Shown here: piece after piece, positions 8,235 to 17,395 of the stretch | Position numbering within the stretch: the first letter of the stretch is position 1 | Layout: each line of letters starts with the position of its first letter | Source of the DNA: a virus | Lineage: Duplodnaviria > Caudoviricetes | Reading direction: 5' to 3' (one strand) | DNA length: 36,099 bases | IMG/VR virus record: IMGVR_UViG_3300038313_000049 | Location: 1-36,099 of that record | The notes under the pieces: generated by a model | What the model was told of the DNA's origin: nothing | Database searches by the model: none | What the model saw: the letters and a program-made list of their open reading frames with translations, nothing else | Translations under genes and position numbers: made by a program

Positions 8235-9157
8235 GATCCACCAGTGCCGGCAGATACAGTAATAACTGCAATTGCGTCCTGATACTCTGCAAACAATCTC
8301 AGACCCATAAGCGCGTAGGACTCTGACAGCGCACGGCTGTAATTTCCTTCCGTATGGAACCCGATCAGGCCAGTTTCAGGGTCAGTAGTGTATGCCAGCC
8401 CTGCCTGTGCAAATTCGGAATCGCCCGGATCCACAAAGTAACCGATCATGTTGTTAATCGGTGTTGCAATAATCTGTCCCTCCTCCAGTTCGGAAGAAAT
8501 AAACATCACATCAGCGCCCATGAAGTTTTCTACGTAATCCATACCAAAAGCGGTCTGAATCGTGATAGGGGTCGCACCGATATACTTATACAGATCAAGA
8601 GTGTTCACCCATACGGCAACGCCAGTAGCTGTTCTGTGGATCTTTTTGAACTTGTCCTTGACTCTTCCGATAGACATCGCAACGCCCATCTGAAAAGTAG
8701 TTTCTGTCGATTTAAGTGTTCCAGTCTTCATGAAATCGTAAAAACGATTCAGCACGATATCCTGAAGCTCGGTTTTGAACTCTTCATCGGTCATGGCAAC
8801 CGCTACATCATAGCCATGTTCTGCGATAGCCTCTGCAGTCACACCTTTGCGGTATTTTTCAAGCGTAATGGTATCAATGGGCTTTTCCTCCACCTTAAAC
8901 TGAGATAACGGAATTTCATCACCCTCAGCCACTGCACCGCTTTCCAAAGTTCCGGTTGCTGTCTTTGTATTCAGGGCAGTACCATTTGCCTTTTTGACAA
9001 ATCTGCTGATCCCCATGATATCGGTCAGCGCCTCAAGATTTTTTGAAAAAGAAGTTACGAAATCAATCTCTCTTGCATTGGTCGTAATCTGCGCTGTTCC
9101 TGTCTGACCTTGCAATGCTGCAAACAGCTGTAAGTCAAATTTTCTTTTATTATGCAT
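8225..9157 (-). CDS. Major capsid protein
   Basis: 310 aa after the scaffold gene; VAEGDEIPLS motif; N-terminal FDLQLF/A Prp-type cleavage motif. Confidence 0.9.
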   Translation of the reverse strand: MHNKRKFDLQLFAALQGQTGTAQITTNAREIDFVTSFSKNLEALTDIMGISRFVKKANGTALNTKTATGTLESGAVAEGDEIPLSQFKVEEKPIDTITLEKYRKGVTAEAIAEHGYDVAVAMTDEEFKTELQDIVLNRFYDFMKTGTLKSTETTFQMGVAMSIGRVKDKFKKIHRTATGVAVWVNTLDLYKYIGATPITIQTAFGMDYVENFMGADVMFISSELEEGQIIATPINNMIGYFVDPGDSEFAQAGLAYTTDPETGLIGFHTEGNYSRALSESYALMGLRLFAEYQDAIAVITVSAGTGGSGE

Positions 9158-9182
9158 GTTCTCATGCCTCCTTATAATATAA

Positions 9183-9881
9183 TTATTGGAATAAATCCAT
9201 ATGTTCCGCGATCATATGCTGTCTTTCAGCTCTGTCCTTGATCGCAAGTATCTGGTCTTTGGTAACCGCTCTATTGCTACCTGTTCCACCTTTCGGCGCA
9301 TTTCCTCTGAGTGCATCTTTTACTGCCGCTTGAACAGAAGACTTAAATAGCTTAACGAAAGAATCAACTGCGGTCTTTGTTCCGCTTGCGTCTGCTGTAA
9401 CAAGATGAGTCAATAATTCGTCCGGAATGTTGATCTCTTCTTCAGAGAGCATCTTTCTGGCTGTTTTGGACATCTCTGTAAGAGCGTTCTGCCGTTTCAT
9501 GCTTTCGAGCTCTTTTTCAAGCTTACTTGCCCGGTATTCAGCTTTCTCCTCTTTTGTCATTTTTGCAAGCTTCTCAGCTTCAGAGACCTTGTCATCTGTC
9601 AGCGTCTGCCATTTCCTCTGTGCATTGCTAACTGCTTTGTCTATTGCCTTATTCACTCGCCGATCGAACTCGGACTGATTATCAGCGTCCTTTAAAAAGT
9701 CATCAAAAGTAGGCTTCTGGTCGCCACCCTTATCATCCTCGTTGTTGCTGTCGTCTCCTTCTCCGGCACCACTGTCATTACCATCTCCGGTGCTGCCACC
9801 GTCACCGTCTTCTGCAAACATCTGCAGATTTAAGGGTCTTTCATATCTTTCTTTTGTTGTCTCATAAATTCTATTTTTCAT
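9183..9881 (-). CDS. Capsid scaffolding protein (DUF4355-like)
   Basis: LNLQMF/AE motif, acidic Gly-rich linker, coiled coil SEAEKLAKMTKEEKAEY; upstream of the capsid gene. Confidence 0.85.
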   Translation of the reverse strand: MKNRIYETTKERYERPLNLQMFAEDGDGGSTGDGNDSGAGEGDDSNNEDDKGGDQKPTFDDFLKDADNQSEFDRRVNKAIDKAVSNAQRKWQTLTDDKVSEAEKLAKMTKEEKAEYRASKLEKELESMKRQNALTEMSKTARKMLSEEEINIPDELLTHLVTADASGTKTAVDSFVKLFKSSVQAAVKDALRGNAPKGGTGSNRAVTKDQILAIKDRAERQHMIAEHMDLFQ

Positions 9882-9953
9882 ACTATTCCTTTCTTGCCCC
9901 CACTCCGTTCGTCTGCCCAGAGCAGTTGCAGGTAGTTTAACGTCATTTCGGAC

Positions 9954-9980
9954 AAAATAAAAACACGCTCATAGCGTGTT
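9954..9980 (-). terminator. Intrinsic terminator after prp
   Basis: AACACGCT-ATG-AGCGTGTT stem followed by TTTATTTT on the minus strand. Confidence 0.6.
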
Positions 9981-10349
9981 AGATACGTTCATTAATTCAA
10001 TTCTTCTATCTTTATTTGCAAGTTCTACTTGTTCTGGATATGTATTCATTAGTCGACAGAGCCCGAGATAGAACGCATCAATCAGTACTCGTCCTCTGCA
10101 TGACATATAGTCATATCTGATCTCAAAATATCCACTCTCAAGGAGATATTTACAGTGGTCCTCCGTGAGGCTTTTCAGGGACTCGATCAACATGTCGCAC
10201 AAAGTGGAGACTGCGGCACACACAATGTCTGTACCTCTTTTACCTCCTGCGTGGCCATCAACTATGATTCTGTAACCACTATCCTGTTTTTCTACCTGTA
10301 TTTCAATCAATCCTGCGTCACTCTCCTTTATCTCCGGAGTGTTGCCCAT
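9969..10349 (-). CDS. prp: Prp-family cysteine protease (ribosomal L27-processing type), probable capsid maturation protease; start may be TTG at 10310
   Basis: Catalytic motifs GHAG and DIVCAAVS; AAGGAG upstream of TTG 10310. Confidence 0.88.
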   Translation of the reverse strand: MGNTPEIKESDAGLIEIQVEKQDSGYRIIVDGHAGGKRGTDIVCAAVSTLCDMLIESLKSLTEDHCKYLLESGYFEIRYDYMSCRGRVLIDAFYLGLCRLMNTYPEQVELANKDRRIELMNVSNTL

Positions 10350-10360
10350 CCGGTGGCAGA

Positions 10361-10570
10361 TTATTGGATCACCGCCTTGTCATTGCTCAATGCATATCCC
10401 ATAATGTCTTTTAAGAAGAAGACCGCACTTCTTGTCTTTCCAGTAGATACCCCATCATATATAAATTTGATATATCCACCTTCCAGAGTATGCCACTCAA
10501 ACTCACTGACATTTTCAAACATCATTGTTTGTCCATCAGATATCCAAATGATTAAATCTTGTCTTTCCAT
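10361..10570 (-). CDS. Hypothetical protein (69 aa)
   Basis: GAGGAG RBS before ATG 10570 (MERQDLIIWISDG...). Confidence 0.65.
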   Translation of the reverse strand: MERQDLIIWISDGQTMMFENVSEFEWHTLEGGYIKFIYDGVSTGKTRSAVFFLKDIMGYALSNDKAVIQ

Positions 10571-10587
10571 ATTTCTCCTCTTTTCTG

Positions 10588-10615
10588 TTGAAATCATTTA
10601 CAAAAGTAGTATACT
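10588..10615 (+). promoter_or_regulatory. Putative sigmaA promoter for the antisense small gene
   Basis: TTGAAA-16 bp-TATACT. Confidence 0.5.
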
Positions 10616-10638
10616 TTTTCTGAAAGCGAGGTGATAAT

Positions 10639-10809
10639 GTGGCTAAAAACCCACCAAAAAACAACGCCCGTAAGGGTGCTGTTAAAGGTCGCTCACAGTC
10701 TTTAAATTCCAAGACCGGCCTTTGGACAAAAAGAGATACCAAAACCGGTAAGTTTATGGATGTTAAAACTTCCGGTGGCAAATTCAAAGGCGTCTCAAAA
10801 GAAAAATAA
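10639..10809 (+). CDS. Small basic protein (56 aa), opposite strand to the late operon
   Basis: Not in the ORF track. GAGGTG RBS, GTG start: MAKNPPKNNARKGAVKGRSQSLNSKTGLWTKRDTKTGKFMDVKTSGGKFKGVSKEK. Confidence 0.75.
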   Translation: MAKNPPKNNARKGAVKGRSQSLNSKTGLWTKRDTKTGKFMDVKTSGGKFKGVSKEK

Positions 10810-10822
10810 TCACGGGAACAGC

Positions 10823-11107
10823 TTAGTCTGCAAAGGCTAAGCTGTTCTCACTTAGTACCTGAAATAAAACCTTTCCAAATCTATTTACAACGTCTTCATT
10901 CTGTTCATCAAACCCTGCTTCATAAGCTATAGCATGAGTTAATTCATGTATAAATGTCTGGTTTTTTCTGTCTTTGCTGAGATCTTTTTTAATCATTATT
11001 TTGGCATCTGTATATACGCATAACCCTAAAGTCATCGGATCATTGTCCACCGTGTCTAATTCTTCAATGCTGTACTGCACACCGCATATGTTTATTTTAT
11101 CCACCAA
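10823..11107 (-). CDS. Small HEXXH zinc metallopeptidase-like protein
   Basis: LGLC...IMIK...QTFIHELTHA...E motif; AAGGAG RBS. Confidence 0.75.
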   Translation of the reverse strand: MVDKINICGVQYSIEELDTVDNDPMTLGLCVYTDAKIMIKKDLSKDRKNQTFIHELTHAIAYEAGFDEQNEDVVNRFGKVLFQVLSENSLAFAD

Positions 11108-11136
11108 GAAATCATCATCTCCTTAAAATTGAGTAT

Positions 11137-11171
11137 AAAAATAGCACCGGCCATAGTTGACTGATGCTATT
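11137..11171 (-). terminator. Intrinsic terminator after the MuF / immunity pair
   Basis: ATAGCATCAGTCA...TGGCCGGTGCTAT stem with GU pairs and one mismatch, followed by a T run on the minus strand. Confidence 0.6.
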
Positions 11172-11409
11172 AATACCACATAAGTAATTTTTCATCTGGC
11201 ATATTCTTTTCCTTTGCCAGTTCATATAACGCCATTTGTGCATGGTGTACATGGTTTCTACACCACTCATATCCCTCGGGTAAAGAATAGTTTTCCAATT
11301 CCCCAGAATCCAAATTTACTACGATATGGCCAAGCTGTTTGCTGTCTTCCGGAATAATATCACACTCTACAGTAATATTACTCTTTTCTAAATTTTTTAA
11401 TCTTACCAT
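11170..11409 (-). CDS. Candidate immunity protein for the MuF toxin domain (79 aa)
   Basis: AAGGAGG RBS before ATG 11409 (MVRLKNLEK...LLMWY); overlaps the MuF 3' end by 32 nt. Confidence 0.6.
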   Translation of the reverse strand: MVRLKNLEKSNITVECDIIPEDSKQLGHIVVNLDSGELENYSLPEGYEWCRNHVHHAQMALYELAKEKNMPDEKLLMWY

Positions 11410-12799
11410 AAAACTCAGATGCCTCCTTATCGTAATTATATTTAGCAGTGGTCCGTATATGTGCCTCATCCTGAGATATTCCCTGAGATATTAGCCTTTT
11501 CTCCATTATCTCATGATTTATTAAGGTTAAATCATGCGGCTCCGGTTTCCCGTCTATGAGCCGCCTCCATGATTCTCCGATCATATAATCTGGATCGAAC
11601 CGCCTAAAACCATTATCCCCTAAGTTATGTTCATCTATAAATAAATAATTTTTAATTGCCTGAATTTCGTCTTCTGAATAACCTGTAGTTTCAGAAATTC
11701 TGGAAACATCTGTAGACATCTTCCGGACAAGCCCATAATATTTTTTAGCATGTGTATCCGCCGCTTTACCATATGGGTTCCTCGCTCCACTTATTGCTCC
11801 TGATATCATCTTAGCATTCCCACCAGATTTTGCAACACTTTTTTCTCTGAATTTTTCCCAATCTTTCGTAGTACCACCTTGATTCAGATGATTCAGCCAT
11901 TTATCAAACTCTTCCCGATCCATATGGGCAGCAGAACTGCAGCGGCAATTTGGGTGAATTGGGCTTGCATTCTCCCCTGGCATCATATCTTTAACCGCGA
12001 ATATCTTGCCATCCATTGCTCTGCAGATCGGGCAGGCGGTCGGTTCTGCGATAAATTCATACTGGTCGTATTCATTTCTCTCAAATGATTGTTTCTGTGC
12101 CTCTGATTGCACTCGGGCCAGTTCAGTCTGCATCAATCTCTCAGCATCTGATCGCCTTGCTCCAAACGCCTTTGAAATATGAATAGCAAGCTGTCTCGGA
12201 TTCCTGCCTTGAATCAATCCAATCTGTAACTGCTTATCAAGCTCATCTTTCAACTGTGCCTGATACATCCAGATCCGGTCAGAAAACCTTGCATTATGAA
12301 ACGATCCATTCACGATCGAGTGTGCCAGTTTCTGATTATCCTGCACCGTTTTCCCTAGGATTCCTGCCTGACGTTTAAACTCCGATAAAGTCCGATCAGT
12401 CAGCGTAGTATCAAAATACTTCTGCAGGTCGTTGAATCCGCTGACAGTTTCAAGTCCGATATTTGCCTTCAGCATTTCAAGTCGATTGATTTTCATGGTG
12501 GCATTGTAAAGGCGCATTTCTTCGTTTGCCTCCGGAGTAAAGGTTTTCTCTGCAACATACTTCTTTGCTTTACGCTCGTAAGCCTCGATATCCAGCTGCT
12601 TGACACGTTTCTTCGCTTTGCTTAAGGATACTCCCTCTTTGGATGCATAACGGGAATAAAAGCCATTGATCTCTTTCTGGACATTGTCCAGCATATAATC
12701 ATAGATCTCCTGGATCTTTTTATTGTATTTCAGCTCATCCGTTATGTTCTTCTGCAGCTGTTTCGCTTCCCTCTGGCTCCAATACGTTTTGCTGTCCAT
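11378..12799 (-). CDS. Minor head protein, MuF / SPP1 gp7 family, with C-terminal toxin-like extension
   Basis: FSDRIW, AERLMQTE, CPIC and PIHPNCRCS MuF motifs, then about 150 extra aa containing HEIME...EAH. Confidence 0.88.
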   Translation of the reverse strand: MDSKTYWSQREAKQLQKNITDELKYNKKIQEIYDYMLDNVQKEINGFYSRYASKEGVSLSKAKKRVKQLDIEAYERKAKKYVAEKTFTPEANEEMRLYNATMKINRLEMLKANIGLETVSGFNDLQKYFDTTLTDRTLSEFKRQAGILGKTVQDNQKLAHSIVNGSFHNARFSDRIWMYQAQLKDELDKQLQIGLIQGRNPRQLAIHISKAFGARRSDAERLMQTELARVQSEAQKQSFERNEYDQYEFIAEPTACPICRAMDGKIFAVKDMMPGENASPIHPNCRCSSAAHMDREEFDKWLNHLNQGGTTKDWEKFREKSVAKSGGNAKMISGAISGARNPYGKAADTHAKKYYGLVRKMSTDVSRISETTGYSEDEIQAIKNYLFIDEHNLGDNGFRRFDPDYMIGESWRRLIDGKPEPHDLTLINHEIMEKRLISQGISQDEAHIRTTAKYNYDKEASEFYGKIKKFRKE

Positions 12800-14108
12800 T
12801 GTTCAACCTCTCCAATAACTGCTGATCCACCACACTACTCTGCTGTTTCTCCTTCTCCTGATCAATCTTCTTAATCTCATTCTGTGCACTGTCCACGATT
12901 GATAGTGTTGATAACTGAGTCTCTTGTGAGACAATACCGTCTATATTCTGTGCAATCTCAGATTCCTCAAGTACATTCGCCGGGAAGTTCGGAGTGAAAT
13001 AATAATGGAGTTTTAACCAGTCGTCTTTCTTCATCCCTGATACCGGATTGCTGAAGATCAATTTGTATCTCCGGTTCATACCACTGGTGAACTTTCGCTC
13101 TTCTGTCTTTTCCAGATTGCTCATTGCCTGCAGCTTATACTTTAATGCGATGCCGGTAGTCTGGCCAAAGTTCTGATCAGAGATGTTCGCCACCATTGAG
13201 ATCTGAAAGATCAACTTCTCCAAACGGTCAATCAAATGTTCCTGCGTGGCATCTCCATCAGGTTTCTGCAAAAAATCAACTTCCGGAAGAATATCCTTCA
13301 ATGCTCCCGGAAAATTAATGATCCTGTTATCTCTGATATCCTTGATTGATTCCTCATCCACAATCGCTCCGAGTACTTTCAGGTAGGCATCAGCAAAGTA
13401 GTCCACGTCATTCGATTTCTCACTGATCGCTTTGTTATATGCATTGATCATGTTGAGAACCGGCTCAAAGATTCCCGTGTGCTCCTCGTTTTCAACGTAC
13501 TCAACGGCAGGAACACCGTCAAATCCATGTATCTTATCTTCCGGATCCCAGGTAAGCTTACCTTTCTGTGTAAAATATCTGACTCGAGTATCATCCGATA
13601 TACTTCCGTGTAGCACGCCATCGGCATCCTTATACAGTCTCGCAAAATACCGAGGCCGGCAGAGGATCGAATCATCATAGATCATGAAAGCTTCCATCGG
13701 AGTCAGGTATGTAATGCCAATGTTGGCCTGATCATCCACATAGTACATCTCATATCCTTTACCGTAAATCTTGCAGATTTTGGCCAGCTCAGAGTTGTTG
13801 TCGTCCTGATCATTGTACTGGTCCAGCATTTCGATATACTTTCCGATGTTCTCCTCATCCGCAGTGACTTTGATCGGATTCCCAATAAAGAATCCATTCA
13901 TAGTGTCAACAATGTATTTCGCAAAGTTTACTGCGATCCGATTGTCAGGTTTCCAGTCCGGCTTTTCCTTCTGGTGAAAGATCGGATAGTCTGTTCTGTA
14001 TGCTTTTTCCAGTTTTGAATATCGGTTTGTGCATTCTGCAGTGTGCTGTGATAGAAACTCATTCAGCTTTATGTCTGTCAGTTCTTCATTGTTTTCCAGT
14101 TTAAACAT
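12735..14108 (-). CDS. Portal protein, SPP1 gp6-like
   Basis: DNRIAVNFAKYIVDTMNGFFIGNP, HGFDGVPAVEY and GIALKYKL motifs. Confidence 0.93.
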   Translation of the reverse strand: MFKLENNEELTDIKLNEFLSQHTAECTNRYSKLEKAYRTDYPIFHQKEKPDWKPDNRIAVNFAKYIVDTMNGFFIGNPIKVTADEENIGKYIEMLDQYNDQDDNNSELAKICKIYGKGYEMYYVDDQANIGITYLTPMEAFMIYDDSILCRPRYFARLYKDADGVLHGSISDDTRVRYFTQKGKLTWDPEDKIHGFDGVPAVEYVENEEHTGIFEPVLNMINAYNKAISEKSNDVDYFADAYLKVLGAIVDEESIKDIRDNRIINFPGALKDILPEVDFLQKPDGDATQEHLIDRLEKLIFQISMVANISDQNFGQTTGIALKYKLQAMSNLEKTEERKFTSGMNRRYKLIFSNPVSGMKKDDWLKLHYYFTPNFPANVLEESEIAQNIDGIVSQETQLSTLSIVDSAQNEIKKIDQEKEKQQSSVVDQQLLERLNNGQQNVLEPEGSETAAEEHNG

Positions 14109-14111
14109 GTT

Positions 14112-15368
14112 TTATATTCCTCCTTTCACCGGATTCAATTCCAGATTGTTCATATCTCGTTCAATGGAATATTCGAAAGCATCTAGTGAATCAATGTCTG
14201 TGCTGCCATCATCCAACCGGACATCCTCATTGCTTTTGGTGTCCCATACTGCATCCTGTAATGCCTGTGAGAGTGTCTCACAGTCTTCTGTGATTGAAAA
14301 GAGCCCGGCTCCCATGAGTCGGACTGTATAGTCGATTCTGTCTTTGATTCGTTCTTTCCATGCTGGCAGCACTACCATAAATGGAAATGGCTTTCTGCAA
14401 GCCTTCGTGATGCTCTGACCGAGTACTGTTTCTGCATTATCCCAGTACAGGGCTTTCGGTTTTCCATATTTCTTAACTACCTTCTCAACGAACTCTATGA
14501 TCAGGTCTGATAATATGTTTGCATCGATTCCTTCTTGATAATCAACATTCATGTGCCGCTCGCTCATCACCGGCTGTACACGGCCACTCTTGTACTTTGC
14601 CGTTGCCACAAAAGAATGTCCGGATCCATTGCCCCCGAAGTCAACTCCGATTTCTATCCTTGTGATATGTTCCTTGTCTGCCTTTTGTATGAATGATTCT
14701 GGCTTGTCTGCGAACTTCCGGTAGATAGCACCTTCTGCACGCTTCCATAAGCCCTCTATCAGTCGATCATAGTAAACGGTATCCTCATATTCTTTGCAGA
14801 GGTTATAGACATATTCTGATGGCAGGAAAGGATTGTCAAAAATCCGGTACTTCTGCAGATAGATATCAGCATCCGAATCAATAAACTGTTTCAGCCAGTG
14901 TGTAGGGTTCTCAGGGTTACATGATCCATCAAAACAGCTGTACTGCTTATCTAGCCTTGACTTCAACATCTGGAATACTTCCTGATTCCACTTTGCGACC
15001 TCATCACCATAAGCATACTTGATTGAGGATCCCTGTATCTTTGCGACCTGGCTGACCTTTTCAGCACCCAGGCAATAGACATCTTCTCCACAGACTCTGG
15101 CAATGTTTCGGTTGTTGATCGTCCCGATCAGGCGATCCGTGTAGATCTCCCGCATAGGCTGCAGCACATTTCGTTCTACCGTCTCTCTGGATACTCCAAG
15201 GATCACATTCAGGCCAGGTTCACCGGCTCTTTCACGGATCCGTGAGGGAATCATGTAGGCAGTATCTACAAACGATTTACCGGACCTGACGGCTCCAGAT
15301 TTAATGTTCCAGCGGTGCGATGCGCCCAGAATATATTCATTTTGTTTGCTGCTTAACTGCATCGTCAT
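14112..15368 (-). CDS. terL: Terminase large subunit (PBSX-like)
   Basis: Walker A GAVRSGKS, Walker B YAYGDE, CNP motif, nuclease GVDFG and DSLDAFEY. Confidence 0.93.
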   Translation of the reverse strand: MTMQLSSKQNEYILGASHRWNIKSGAVRSGKSFVDTAYMIPSRIRERAGEPGLNVILGVSRETVERNVLQPMREIYTDRLIGTINNRNIARVCGEDVYCLGAEKVSQVAKIQGSSIKYAYGDEVAKWNQEVFQMLKSRLDKQYSCFDGSCNPENPTHWLKQFIDSDADIYLQKYRIFDNPFLPSEYVYNLCKEYEDTVYYDRLIEGLWKRAEGAIYRKFADKPESFIQKADKEHITRIEIGVDFGGNGSGHSFVATAKYKSGRVQPVMSERHMNVDYQEGIDANILSDLIIEFVEKVVKKYGKPKALYWDNAETVLGQSITKACRKPFPFMVVLPAWKERIKDRIDYTVRLMGAGLFSITEDCETLSQALQDAVWDTKSNEDVRLDDGSTDIDSLDAFEYSIERDMNNLELNPVKGGI

Positions 15369-15801
15369 GCACCTCTTTCAATATCTGATCCAGTTTATTA
15401 AGAGCCTCGTCTTCTTCATTCTCACCGGTCATAGTCTCTTTCTTCGCCCGATTCAGTTCTATCTTGCTCTCCTGTTCGGCTATATCAAGATCATCCTTAT
15501 TGCTCTGCCCAATAGTATCTTTAATAGCATTATACGCCTGGACATTGCCCATTCCAGCTTCTTTAACCATTGCCATGGCTATAATCTCTTCATATGAACT
15601 CTCACCGCCATTTGCTTTCAGCATATCGGATAGGTTTCCTGCATCTGCTTCAATAGTTAGAATCCAATTCATTTTCTTTCTTAGATTGGCTTTCTCACGT
15701 CTTGTCTTACCCGAAGCTTTTCCGCCTTTTCTGGCAAGTTCTCGCACTTCCTTCTCGCTTCGTTTATCAAATGGTATTAAGTTTTCATGTCCACTGCTCA
15801 T
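15337..15801 (-). CDS. terS: Terminase small subunit (KGG-motif type)
   Basis: ENLIPF...ELARKGGKASG N-terminus; directly upstream of terL. ATG 15801 preferred over TTG 15816. Confidence 0.75.
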   Translation of the reverse strand: MSSGHENLIPFDKRSEKEVRELARKGGKASGKTRREKANLRKKMNWILTIEADAGNLSDMLKANGGESSYEEIIAMAMVKEAGMGNVQAYNAIKDTIGQSNKDDLDIAEQESKIELNRAKKETMTGENEEDEALNKLDQILKEVHDDAVKQQTK

Positions 15802-15836
15802 CACCTCACCTTCCAATCTGGGTCAATTTTATGTAT

Positions 15837-15860
15837 AGAAAAAGCACCCCGGAGGATGCC
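15837..15860 (-). terminator. Intrinsic terminator ending the AT-rich two-gene moron
   Basis: GGCATCC-TCCG-GGGTGCT followed by TTTT on the minus strand. Confidence 0.7.
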
Positions 15861-15866
15861 TAATTA

Positions 15867-16430
15867 CTATTTTCTATTATTAATTTTTTGTTTTAGTTCA
15901 TCTATATCATTATCGGATAACTTAGGTCTTGGAACATATACAACAGATAATAATTTTATCATTTGTCTAATTGATAGAATAAAATACAAAATGCTAAAAC
16001 ACAAGCTGAGTATCTCTAAATTAAAGAAAAAGTATTTACTGTAAAACCATATACTTTTTCCAAATAAACTTCTCGCCCAATCAAAATTAAAATTTAAAAC
16101 ATATGGTAAAGACGTAGAAATAGAAATTGCTCCAAAAATAATAGAATGCGCAATAACAGTATTTCGTTTAGTTAGAATATCTGTTCCTTCTAATTTTTTT
16201 ACCAATTGATCATCCGATATGCTTAATAAAATGCCTAAATTTGTTAAAGCGAACCCGCTAAATATAGAATTTATTGTAAGGATATCCGAATGGTATCCCC
16301 TTACTTCTTTAGTCGGAATCTTTAAAATTTCAAAGTCAAAAGTAGCTTTTATAATGCAAATTATTATTGAGAAAATGCAAGCAAATACTACCTTATCCAA
16401 ATAATTATTTTTATAAATAAATTTTTTCAT
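15867..16430 (-). CDS. Multi-pass membrane protein (about 4 TM), moron gene 2
   Basis: Four hydrophobic segments; visibly AT-rich; translationally coupled (TAATG) to the upstream gene. Confidence 0.8.
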   Translation of the reverse strand: MKKFIYKNNYLDKVVFACIFSIIICIIKATFDFEILKIPTKEVRGYHSDILTINSIFSGFALTNLGILLSISDDQLVKKLEGTDILTKRNTVIAHSIIFGAISISTSLPYVLNFNFDWARSLFGKSIWFYSKYFFFNLEILSLCFSILYFILSIRQMIKLLSVVYVPRPKLSDNDIDELKQKINNRK

Positions 16431-17395
16431 TAATCCATCCTATCAGCTATTGCCAATATCATTTTATAATTAATATGGTAAGCCTCAAAAAGCCCATTTT
16501 TATATTGTTCCGTAATCTCTCCCAAATCCAGTTCAATCTTTTTTCCATTTTTTTGCCTGTAATTTTTTACGTCAATCGGGTACGAAAAATATCTTGCATG
16601 CAAATCAAAATCTGTTGTACTAAAATCTTCTGATTTTCCTGTTATCACTGCTTTACCGTAATTATCTTTTTTCTTTTTTAATATATCAATTATACGTCTT
16701 ACGGCACTTTGGTCAGTTTCCAATTTTTTATACGGAGCTGCCTTGATAACAATATCAGCAATAAGGTCTTTATTCTTTGCCATCTCTAGTATTACAGGTT
16801 CCTCTAATTGCAAAACTTTTAATAGAAATTCTGCATTTGGAGTTGGAATCTCAAATCTCAGTTTTGATACAGTCGGATTTTGCGAACCATAAAGCACATT
16901 CACGCCATCCTCGTTCGGTATATTTGTAAATTTCAAAGTATATTCTTGGTTGTAATTATCGAATATATTGTTTAATACAGATGCTCCTGGTGCATCTTTT
17001 GTATTCGCAATAGTAAGAATACCTTTTCCAAAATCAATAATAAAAAATGTGAACCCTTCTATACCCTGCTTAAGTGAATCCTTGTTATTAAAAACCTCCG
17101 TTGCCTTTAGCGTTTCATAATCCCGTCTTAGCATTGCATTTTTAGACTTCTTTTTGCATATTCGTCCAAAGAAGTATGGTTCTTCTTCATGCTCAAATAA
17201 ATCCAAAATCTTTTTTGGCTCGATATCCTCTGGCGCTATTTGGGGAGAAAGATCTAATGATCTGTAAGAACCATTGTCCACACAATATTTATTAAATATA
17301 TTATGCCAAATATTTTCTAATTTATCATGACCAATTCTATTTCCGTCACTATCTATTAATTCAAGTCTCATAAATTCTACAGTTTTTTTTGACAT
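16430..17395 (-). CDS. Soluble hypothetical protein (321 aa), moron gene 1
   Basis: GGGAG RBS before ATG 17395 (MSKKTVEFMRLEL...); TATAAT upstream; AT-rich. Confidence 0.8.
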   Translation of the reverse strand: MSKKTVEFMRLELIDSDGNRIGHDKLENIWHNIFNKYCVDNGSYRSLDLSPQIAPEDIEPKKILDLFEHEEEPYFFGRICKKKSKNAMLRRDYETLKATEVFNNKDSLKQGIEGFTFFIIDFGKGILTIANTKDAPGASVLNNIFDNYNQEYTLKFTNIPNEDGVNVLYGSQNPTVSKLRFEIPTPNAEFLLKVLQLEEPVILEMAKNKDLIADIVIKAAPYKKLETDQSAVRRIIDILKKKKDNYGKAVITGKSEDFSTTDFDLHARYFSYPIDVKNYRQKNGKKIELDLGEITEQYKNGLFEAYHINYKMILAIADRMD

